NCBI GenBank assembly: GCA_964563055.1
Contig: CAZLVP010000003.1
Location: 48,646-112,645 of the forward strand
Origin: an uncultured Thermoplasmatales archaeon
GTDB lineage: Archaea; Thermoplasmatota; Penumbrarchaeia; Penumbrarchaeales; Penumbrarchaeaceae
Length of the DNA: 64,000 bases
Reading direction: 5' to 3'
Shown piece by piece: positions 44,231 to 51,936 of the stretch (position 1 is the stretch's first letter; the number at the start of each line of letters is the position of its first letter). Both the position numbers and the translations under genes were made by a program. The notes below the pieces were generated by a model, which did no database searches, was not told the origin of the DNA, and saw only the letters and a program-made list of their open reading frames with translations.

Positions 44231-44791
44231 TCAGGTCCCTTTGTCCGTGGCACGTTCGATCGATGACAGTTCGGGCATCCTCTCCTTAAGATGTCTGTAG
44301 AGCCTCAGAAGCTCGGAGGCCTTCTCCCTCACATGTTCAAGGACCTCACCGTACCTTCCATCACGGTACAGCTGAGGGACCGATTCGCTGGGTATCTTGA
44401 TGTTCACGAAACTGTCAAGGGATGCGCCCTTGAAGCTGCCCCTGTTCATCATCACGAGCAGGGGTTTCAGGTCAAGGAAGGGTTTGGACCCCAGCAGATA
44501 CAAGGGGTCCGGTGCCTCCAGACCGTTCCTCCTGGCCCTCTCGACCAGGAAGGAATAGATGAACGGAACGTTGACGCCTATCGCCACGAACGAGAAGGGT
44601 CCGAAACCGTTGAAGATGGGCAGGAAGAGCTCGAGGACCTCCTTCTCGGAGCTTTCCCATGTCGTGAGGATATTGAGGGCGCTCTCCTCCCTTCCAGTCA
44701 ACATGCCAAGCCTCTGATATGAGATCGTGACTATGGTATCCGTTCTCGGGTCTAGACCCGTCGTTCCAATGTCGAGATAGTACTCAGGCAT
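44231..44791 (-). CDS. RNase-H-like/DEDD-type exonuclease-fold protein with a degenerate Exo I motif.
   Basis: The N-terminus YYLDIGTTGLDPRTDTIV resembles the DnaQ Exo I motif 'DhETTGL' but has Gly where the catalytic Glu should be. Confidence 0.4.
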   Translation of the reverse strand: MPEYYLDIGTTGLDPRTDTIVTISYQRLGMLTGREESALNILTTWESSEKEVLELFLPIFNGFGPFSFVAIGVNVPFIYSFLVERARRNGLEAPDPLYLLGSKPFLDLKPLLVMMNRGSFKGASLDSFVNIKIPSESVPQLYRDGRYGEVLEHVREKASELLRLYRHLKERMPELSSIERATDKGT

Positions 44792-44857
44792 CTTCGCACT
44801 CGCCTCCTTGGTCGATCGGTAAGGTCAATGATCACGGTGAAGGACCATGGTCGGCCC

Positions 44858-45475
44858 TTAGCCCACCCTTTTCCATTCGTGATAAGGTTTGATGCTGAAG
44901 AACATACCTGCTTCCTGCGCCTCGGCAGGGGTGGGGTTCCTCCCGACCTTGGCGGATGCCATGCTCGGGGATGCAGGTACGATCTCTCCGAACGGCTGCG
45001 TCCTGACGAAGATCTGCATCCTTACAGTGTGTCTTTGGCAGAGAGGGGCCTGCGTGAAGAAGCACCTGTTCACCGGTCTGCCGCCGCAGACAGAGCACCC
45101 CGTTACGAACCTTGGGTCCTCCACCTCACCCTCCTCCTTCTCCCCATCCCCCTCGACAAGGATGACCTTTGGCCTTTCCTTACCCAATGTTTCGAACGGG
45201 GAAACGAACTCAGTGCTCTCGACCTTCCTCTCGTCCGCTGTGCCACCCCATCTCATTGGCTCTTTAGCGGCCTTCCTCCTTTCTAGCTGCTCACTATCAC
45301 GCCTTTGGTCCGGGATGGGTGGTGCCCATGCACGTTCCTCTGTTCTAGGCTGCCTCACCTGTCTGGGGGTCAGAAGGTCCGTCCTCATCTTGTTGATCTC
45401 GTAGCCGCAGACAGGGCAAAGTTTGCCCGATCCCTTGAGGTTCGATCCGCATTTCGTACAGTACATCATGGTCAT
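44858..45475 (-). CDS. Protein with two zinc ribbons (N-terminal and C-terminal).
   Basis: The N-terminus is MMYCTKCGSNLKGSGKLCPVCGYE. The C-terminal part has CSVCGG...CQRH. Confidence 0.5.
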   Translation of the reverse strand: MTMMYCTKCGSNLKGSGKLCPVCGYEINKMRTDLLTPRQVRQPRTEERAWAPPIPDQRRDSEQLERRKAAKEPMRWGGTADERKVESTEFVSPFETLGKERPKVILVEGDGEKEEGEVEDPRFVTGCSVCGGRPVNRCFFTQAPLCQRHTVRMQIFVRTQPFGEIVPASPSMASAKVGRNPTPAEAQEAGMFFSIKPYHEWKRVG

Positions 45476-45524
45476 AACCCTCCATCCATCGTTCCAACAG
45501 GTTCTTTTCCATTCGGTCCCTGTA

Positions 45525-46805
45525 TCATTTCATGATCCTTCCCTTTGCCCCGCATGAGGAGCAGACAACGACGACAGGCCTTTCCTCTGTCGTGATGGGG
45601 ACCCCTGAGCCGCACTTAGGGCACGGGATCACTTTGTAAACTATCTCCACAGGTTCCTCCTCCATCTCCTCCACGCCCTCCTCTTCACCGTTCGCCCCAT
45701 CGACCCCTTCATCCCCCGGTCCCTCGGCGGGAGGTGCCTGAGGGGCAGTGGAGGTCTTCGGAGGGCCGTCTTCAAACATGTCATCGTCAAGGTAAGAGGA
45801 GCCATCCTTCTGCTTGACAGGTCTGGGAACATCAATACTATCGATCGCGGTCCTATCTGGACCGAGTTCCGAATCCATCTGTCGGACATCATCTTCAAGC
45901 TTAGGTTGATCACCGGGACCTGGTGCGGTCCTTTCGGGCATGTCGACAGCTTGTCGAGGAGGTTCGACCTCAACATCATCGGACCTTTCCTCTACCTTGA
46001 CCTTTGGCTTTTTCTTCCCTTCTTTCCTATCGACCTTAGTGACCTGAGGTGGAGGGGTGTCCACCATATTCACGGACCGCACCTCGACACTTTCCTCTAT
46101 CCTGGCCTTGACCTTGAGCGCCATCCCGTTATTTGGGTCCCTCTCGAGCGCCATCGATACATCGTCCTTTGCATCCTCTGGTCTTGCCATCGAGAGGTGC
46201 GTAAGGGCCCTCTCAATGAAACCGATAGGGTGCTCGGGGAAGGATTCGACGGCCCTTGTCGCGCATGCTCTGGACTTTTCAAGGTTACCTTTTTTCCTCT
46301 CGAGCCTTGAAAGCATGACCCATGAGAGGGTCTGGTCCGGTTCTGCCTCCAATGCCCTTTCGAAGCAGTCCATGGCAGCTTCAGTGTCCCCATGGGTAGT
46401 GTAGGCTATCCCCTTCCAGAACCATGCCTCGTCCGAATGAGGGTCGAGCTCTAGGGACCTTTCTAAAGACCCCAAGCCCCCCTCCACATCTCCCATGAGG
46501 TACTGCAGGGAGCCCTTCTTCATCCAGAGAAAATCGTTCTCATGGTCGATGGTGAGAGCCTTATCGATAAGGGCCAGCTGTTGGTCGTACGGTGTGGTCT
46601 CGTACTCCCTCCACCTATATCGCAGGTATTCCCTTGCCTCCAGCTCGGAGACCTTCTCAGGGGATATGGGCAGGCCGTCCGAGAACTGGGTGATGACGTT
46701 CCTCTCATCGTAGGAGATCCTCCCATCCTCCCAGGCCTTCCTGAGGGCGTTCCTGAAGGCCTTCACAACGCTTATGTCATCTCCATCGGTATCAACCATG
46801 GTCAT
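45525..46805 (-). CDS. TPR-repeat protein with an N-terminal 'WEDGRI' repeat module, an acidic linker and a C-terminal zinc ribbon.
   Basis: AFRNALRKAWEDGRISYDERNVITQFSDGL is the repeat module. TPR-like helices run over about residues 100-230. The C-terminus reads CPKCGSGV...CSSCGAKG. Confidence 0.6.
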   Translation of the reverse strand: MTMVDTDGDDISVVKAFRNALRKAWEDGRISYDERNVITQFSDGLPISPEKVSELEAREYLRYRWREYETTPYDQQLALIDKALTIDHENDFLWMKKGSLQYLMGDVEGGLGSLERSLELDPHSDEAWFWKGIAYTTHGDTEAAMDCFERALEAEPDQTLSWVMLSRLERKKGNLEKSRACATRAVESFPEHPIGFIERALTHLSMARPEDAKDDVSMALERDPNNGMALKVKARIEESVEVRSVNMVDTPPPQVTKVDRKEGKKKPKVKVEERSDDVEVEPPRQAVDMPERTAPGPGDQPKLEDDVRQMDSELGPDRTAIDSIDVPRPVKQKDGSSYLDDDMFEDGPPKTSTAPQAPPAEGPGDEGVDGANGEEEGVEEMEEEPVEIVYKVIPCPKCGSGVPITTEERPVVVVCSSCGAKGRIMK

Positions 46806-47076
46806 ACCTCCGTGGGGGCGATGACCTCCTGATTGTCGGATGGCCTTCCCTTGTGGACCTTTCCATGCGTATCCTGGACCGCTGCTTCCGTTTGATATAT
46901 GAGTTTATGGCTGGGACCGCCCATAGAACGAACCCGAAAAGGGTCATGGACCATCCCGCAATGAAGAGGAAGGATCCGTTCCTGATGGTAAAGTCGAACG
47001 AAGAGGCCATGACCATGATGGAGCCGAAGGAGATCAGGACCATGGGTATCCTATCAGACCTTGTTGTTACCTTCAT
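46792..47076 (-). CDS. Small 2-TM membrane protein downstream of the pilus-like operon.
   Basis: Two hydrophobic helices are present. There is no class III (prepilin) signal. Confidence 0.3.
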   Translation of the reverse strand: MKVTTRSDRIPMVLISFGSIMVMASSFDFTIRNGSFLFIAGWSMTLFGFVLWAVPAINSYIKRKQRSRIRMERSTREGHPTIRRSSPPRRYDHG

Positions 47077-47185
47077 AGTGCAGCTCTCCGTTTCCGGTCC
47101 CCAATAAGAGAATGAAGGCTATAAAACCTTTTTATGGGCCTGCAGGTCGGACCGTCAATTGACCGGACAGGATCGTGGACCGATC

Positions 47186-48286
47186 TCAGAGCAGTACCAG
47201 GTCGAATGCCAGCAGTGTGACGATTGCGAACATTGTCGATAGGAAAAGACCGTTGGAGATCCTTCCTGATGACATGATACCTCCGACCACACCGTCCCCA
47301 ATGGCCTGTATCGCCGCAGCGGCAAATAGAAGGAGCTTCATCACCCCGAAATCCACTATGGTCGGGTCAAAACCACCTGGGGCCTGAGCAGAAGAGGAGG
47401 AATCACCGGTCTGATAGCTCTTGGAGAGCTCCTCCATCCTCGGCATGAAGGTTGCGAACATGACCGCTATGACGACAAGGAAGACCATGAAAGATATGGC
47501 TATCACATAGGTGTACATTGACATCTCAGTGGCCCTGGTCCTCTTCATTATCTGTATCTCCCTGGTATCCTTGGCGGCAGCGTCTATGACGTTCGATACG
47601 TTCCCGCCTGCGCTTGCCGCCTCATTTATCAGGGTCACCGCTCTCTTCACGAGAGGTGTATGGACCCTCTCAGCGAACATTTCGAGCGCCTTTGAGGCGG
47701 ATACGCCCCACGATACCTGGATGGCCATCTTCTTGATCTCGGGGGTAAGATACCCGTACTCACCGCCGGCAGATGTCTTGATCGCTTCATGAAGCGTCTG
47801 GCCAGCCCTCATGGACTCCGATATGTCCCTAAGGAAGTCCGATAGTCTTTCCTCTATCTTGTCGACCTTCCTCCTCTTGCGGACCTCATAGAATGATATC
47901 GGGCCAACCCCGCTGATGAACGATAGGAGCAGGAAGGAGTGCCATTCTATCCTCACCTCGCTCTTCACCCAGAATCCCGTCGTATTGAAGGTCAGGTTTA
48001 TCGGATTGAACCCTTCCTTCATGGAGAGCCTCTGCTTGTCCGGACCCAAGCTGTCGTAGGTGTCCTTGTACTCGTCCTTAACATTTGAGACAGGTAGGAA
48101 AGGCATGTTCATCAGGCTCAGCATTAAGAAGAACAATGCTAGGACGATCGAAATGGTATAGACGATGTATTTCTTCCTCTCCTCCGGGTCCTTGGCCACT
48201 TTGATGGTCTTCACTGTCCGGCCGCCTTTCTTCTGGCCTTGGAGCTGCTTGCGCCCGACCTTGGGGCTATCCTTGGCTACCATCAA
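47186..48286 (-). CDS. Type II secretion / archaeal pilus platform protein (FlaJ/TadC-like).
   Basis: It is polytopic with the T2SS-F-like pattern and has a Lys-rich N-terminal tail. Confidence 0.6.
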   Translation of the reverse strand: MMVAKDSPKVGRKQLQGQKKGGRTVKTIKVAKDPEERKKYIVYTISIVLALFFLMLSLMNMPFLPVSNVKDEYKDTYDSLGPDKQRLSMKEGFNPINLTFNTTGFWVKSEVRIEWHSFLLLSFISGVGPISFYEVRKRRKVDKIEERLSDFLRDISESMRAGQTLHEAIKTSAGGEYGYLTPEIKKMAIQVSWGVSASKALEMFAERVHTPLVKRAVTLINEAASAGGNVSNVIDAAAKDTREIQIMKRTRATEMSMYTYVIAISFMVFLVVIAVMFATFMPRMEELSKSYQTGDSSSSAQAPGGFDPTIVDFGVMKLLLFAAAAIQAIGDGVVGGIMSSGRISNGLFLSTMFAIVTLLAFDLVLL

Positions 48287-49182
48287 TCCGCCCCCGTATC
48301 ACCGATAAGAACAGCAAATACGATCTGGGCCACAGGTATGAGCCCGAAGATGGTTGCCATGAGCAGTGTATCCCCGCCCTGCTGCCCCATCATGGCCATC
48401 GTCGACATCATGATTATCAGGAAGAGGGGAGCGGCGACGACGACTGTAACGAAGCTCTCTGCCATGACACCCAGGGTCTGCATGTCCCTCTCCTGTTTCA
48501 GGCGGTTCTCCTTCATGAACTGCTCGGATTTGGCCATGAAATAGACCTTGAGGGAGCCTCCGGAGTTCGAGGTCGTGATAATACCCTGAAGGAAATCCTG
48601 GAACCGCTCCGAGGGGCTTCTGGCGATGGCCTTTTGCAGGACCTTAATGATATCCCTGCCGAAGAAGTCTATGTCCCTTGCGATCTTCTCCGCCTCCGTT
48701 CTGACCTCGCCGTATATCTCCTGTTCGGCCAATCCGCGGAAGATGGCAGTTGGGGTAACATCGGCCGACGACATGGCGGCCATATAGTTAGTGGCATAGG
48801 ACAGGTTGTTCTCTATGCTTTTCTTCCTTTCCGAGACGGCGTTCCTGGGAAGGCCCATGAAGATCGCGTAGGTGAACATACCTACCAGAGGCGGGACCGC
48901 GATCCAGATTACGAGCTTTATCGGTAATGGGAGGCCAAGGCTCTCCAGAATGGTCAGGTTCAGAATGGTGGCGACAATGAGCCCCCCGATGATGGCCAAT
49001 ACGACCGAGACCAACATCCCGGTGTAATAGACCTCGCCCCTGAGGTTGTAATTGGCCCTCTCCATGATGCTCTCGATATCGGGATCGTTATCGGCGAGCT
49101 TTTTCCCAAGCTTTGTCAAAGGTCCTATCTTCATGCTAGCCTTGAAGTAGGGTGTCAGGGTCATCTCATCCACCTCCTGCAT
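48283..49182 (-). CDS. Type II secretion / archaeal pilus platform protein (FlaJ/TadB-like).
   Basis: It is polytopic and T2SS-F-like. It overlaps the upstream ATPase gene by 17 nt. Confidence 0.6.
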   Translation of the reverse strand: MQEVDEMTLTPYFKASMKIGPLTKLGKKLADNDPDIESIMERANYNLRGEVYYTGMLVSVVLAIIGGLIVATILNLTILESLGLPLPIKLVIWIAVPPLVGMFTYAIFMGLPRNAVSERKKSIENNLSYATNYMAAMSSADVTPTAIFRGLAEQEIYGEVRTEAEKIARDIDFFGRDIIKVLQKAIARSPSERFQDFLQGIITTSNSGGSLKVYFMAKSEQFMKENRLKQERDMQTLGVMAESFVTVVVAAPLFLIIMMSTMAMMGQQGGDTLLMATIFGLIPVAQIVFAVLIGDTGAD

Positions 49183-51220
49183 TCTGAGGGGCCTGTCCTA
49201 TGGGTGGTTGTTGGCTCGCGCTACTACCACTATATGGGGGAAGAGCTTCCTTCGATGCGCTAGGAAGCTTTTCGATAGGAGCGTTATCGAAGAGCCGCAG
49301 TCCCTTCTTGATATCAATCTCCCTGTTCTCCCTGATGAGCTTAATGAGCTTGTCAGAGTCCTCATAATATTCAACGATCATCTTGCTCACGTCGGTGAAC
49401 TTCCTCACTTCGTTCTTGAGCATCCACTCTATGACCTCGGCCCTCCTGTTGAGCTCATGGATGACCTCGTCCCTTGTCATATCCTCCATATCCATGATCT
49501 TCTCATAAAGGTTAGAGTGGCCACCGAATACGAAATGGTCCCCGTTCCCTTCCCACCTGTAGACCCTGTTGGTGATGATCTCAAGGCTCGTAGGCTCGAT
49601 ACCGACTATCTCGACGAGCTCGGTGATCCTCCTGACCCTCATACCCTTGACCCTTAGCTGGTTGTGGATGGCGACCAGGTTGAGGGCTTGTATCAGGACC
49701 CTGGGGATGGAGATGGGTGGGTTCTCGAGACGATAGACGATGGATTTTACGGAATCAGCATGCATGGTTGAATATGTGATGTGGCCTGTGGCCATGGCCT
49801 GGAACATGGTCATGGTCTCCTTGCCCCTGACCTCACCCACAAGGACGTATTCTGGGCGTTGCCTCAATGCAGCCCTAAGAAGCTGGTACATATCGATATC
49901 GGTCTCGCGTCCCCCTTCCGCCGAACCCCTGGTAAGGCCTGCTATCCAGTTCTGATGAGGCAGGTTGACCTCCCTAGTGTCCTCTATCGAGATTATCTTC
50001 GCTGAGGTGGGGATGAAGATCGATGTGGCGTTCATCGTTGCGGTCTTGCCCGATGCCGTACCGCCTGCGAATATCATAGAGTCCCCATACTGGACCGCAA
50101 GCCAAAGGTGGGCGGCCATCTGTGGTGATATCGTCCCAAACTTGACCAGGTCCGTGATGGTGAGCGGGTCCTCCTTGAACTTCCTGATGGTGAATGAGGA
50201 ACCTCTCGTTGTCACCTCCCTGCCGAAGGTCGCGTTCAACCTGTGGCCTTCTGGAAGTGTCGAGTCAAGGATAGGATGTGCAACGGATATCGTCTTACCT
50301 GCCCTCTGGGCGAGGGACACTACGAACCCCTCGAGCTCCTCGTCCGATTCGAACTTGATGGTGGTCCGGATGGACCCGAAGTTCCGGTGGTATACGAAGA
50401 CAGGGATACCCGTACCATCACAGGATATATCCTCGACCCCCTGGTCCTTCATCAGGCATTGGATCTTGCCATATCCTATATACTCCCTCCAGACATGATA
50501 TCTGATAGGTTCCATGAGCTCTGTCGTCACATCTCCGATCACAGACCTATAATCCCTGAGGATGATATCGAGCTCTTTCTTTAGGAACCTCTCTTTCTCA
50601 ACGAGGACCTCCATTGCCATCTTGTCGTAGTTCAGAGAACTGGAAAGGGTCTCCCTGATGAACTCCAGTATCTTCTTCTGTCTTGGACCGAGCCTTGGCT
50701 CGATAGGGTGGTAGATGTATTCGTTCGTTACGGGATTGAGATAGATCTCGACACTGACGTTCTTATCACCCAGTTCCAGGGTCTCCATGAGCTCGACCCC
50801 TTCTTCCAGGTCCTTCTTGGAATCGTCGCTTATCTTTGCGATCTTCTTGATGTGGACCTCCCTATCGGGCTTGGAAAGGATCGACCTCAGCGTGTCTCCG
50901 AACCTCTTGACAGGTGAGGACCTCTGGTGTTGGGCCCCTTTGTCATTATCCTCCGTAACTGCTGACTCGTCCTGTTCGACCTCGGTGACCTTACCGTTCA
51001 CGGAAGAAGGTACTATGATCTGTTCTGTTGTGGTCCCTGCCGGACCGGGGGGGACCTGTAGCGTTCTAGGTCTGTTATTAGGGCTTTCAGAAATCTTGTT
51101 AGGGAATTTACCCTTATCTGTTTCGTCCGATCGAACATCTTTCCCCGTGACGTTCTCGGTCGGGACTTTCTCGGATGGACCGCCATCCCCAGAAATTCTT
51201 TCCTTCTTCCCTTCCGCCAT
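49166..51220 (-). CDS. FlaI/TadA/VirB11-family secretion ATPase with an N-terminal extension of about 170 aa that looks disordered.
   Basis: Walker A FAGGTASGKTATMNA is present. YVLVGEVRGKE and the His-box region are present. The N-terminal 170 aa are rich in K/E/P/S. Confidence 0.8.
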   Translation of the reverse strand: MAEGKKERISGDGGPSEKVPTENVTGKDVRSDETDKGKFPNKISESPNNRPRTLQVPPGPAGTTTEQIIVPSSVNGKVTEVEQDESAVTEDNDKGAQHQRSSPVKRFGDTLRSILSKPDREVHIKKIAKISDDSKKDLEEGVELMETLELGDKNVSVEIYLNPVTNEYIYHPIEPRLGPRQKKILEFIRETLSSSLNYDKMAMEVLVEKERFLKKELDIILRDYRSVIGDVTTELMEPIRYHVWREYIGYGKIQCLMKDQGVEDISCDGTGIPVFVYHRNFGSIRTTIKFESDEELEGFVVSLAQRAGKTISVAHPILDSTLPEGHRLNATFGREVTTRGSSFTIRKFKEDPLTITDLVKFGTISPQMAAHLWLAVQYGDSMIFAGGTASGKTATMNATSIFIPTSAKIISIEDTREVNLPHQNWIAGLTRGSAEGGRETDIDMYQLLRAALRQRPEYVLVGEVRGKETMTMFQAMATGHITYSTMHADSVKSIVYRLENPPISIPRVLIQALNLVAIHNQLRVKGMRVRRITELVEIVGIEPTSLEIITNRVYRWEGNGDHFVFGGHSNLYEKIMDMEDMTRDEVIHELNRRAEVIEWMLKNEVRKFTDVSKMIVEYYEDSDKLIKLIRENREIDIKKGLRLFDNAPIEKLPSASKEALPPYSGSSASQQPPIGQAPQNAGGG

Positions 51221-51405
51221 CGTGAACGCATCCCCTTGGTCAGCTTTATTTAGCGTAAATAATCCGTAATTACCTATTTTTTAACCTTCTGTTGGTGTTA
51301 CTCGGTCAGAGATATATAATTGTTTTTATATTAATGGCCGATTCGGGAAATCCCCGGGATTCAGGTGCTGGGCCTTACCTGAAAGGACCAAGGGAGCGAT
51401 GATCT

Positions 51406-51936
51406 ATGACCAAGACCGGAATGATACCAAGGATATCAAGTGACTGCTATGTGCATAGTTCCGCGTTCATCTGCGGCGATGTGGAGGTCGGTCGGGACTC
51501 TTCGATTTGGCCCAATGCGGTCATACGTGGTGATGAGGAATCCATCAGGATAGGGGAGAGGACGAGCGTTCAGGACTGCGTTGTCATCCATGCCGATACA
51601 GGGCTTGTCACTTCCATCGGCAACGATGTCACCATTGGTCACTCGGCCGTGGTGCATGGATGTGTGATAGAGGACAAGTGCATAATAGGCATCCATTCGA
51701 CAATCTTGAACGGTTGTGTTGTCGGGAGGGGTAGCATCATCGGAGCGGGGGCGGTCCTCACTCCGGGGACCAAGGTCCCCCCCAACAGCATGGTGCTCGG
51801 AATACCTGGCAAGGTCGTAAAGAACGACCCCTCTTACGAGGTGATGGCAAGCGAGAACGCCAGGATATACGTCGGACTCTCGAAACTGCATCTTAAGGGA
51901 AGTTTCCCCAGCTATCCGGTCGATCGTGCTCATTGA
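51406..51936 (+). CDS. Gamma-class carbonic anhydrase family (LbH, Cam/PaaY-like).
   Basis: It has hexapeptide repeats with the His ligands VHSSAFICGDVEVG...IHADTG...VHGCVIED. Confidence 0.8.
   Translation: MTKTGMIPRISSDCYVHSSAFICGDVEVGRDSSIWPNAVIRGDEESIRIGERTSVQDCVVIHADTGLVTSIGNDVTIGHSAVVHGCVIEDKCIIGIHSTILNGCVVGRGSIIGAGAVLTPGTKVPPNSMVLGIPGKVVKNDPSYEVMASENARIYVGLSKLHLKGSFPSYPVDRAH

Noticed and set aside
51221-51405. The AT-rich divergent intergenic region between the FlaI operon and the gamma-CA gene, considered as a possible mobile-element end.
   Set aside because: It contains plausible TATA-like boxes for both divergent genes (atatataatt, tttttatatta) and no terminal inverted repeats. A divergent promoter region explains it more simply.
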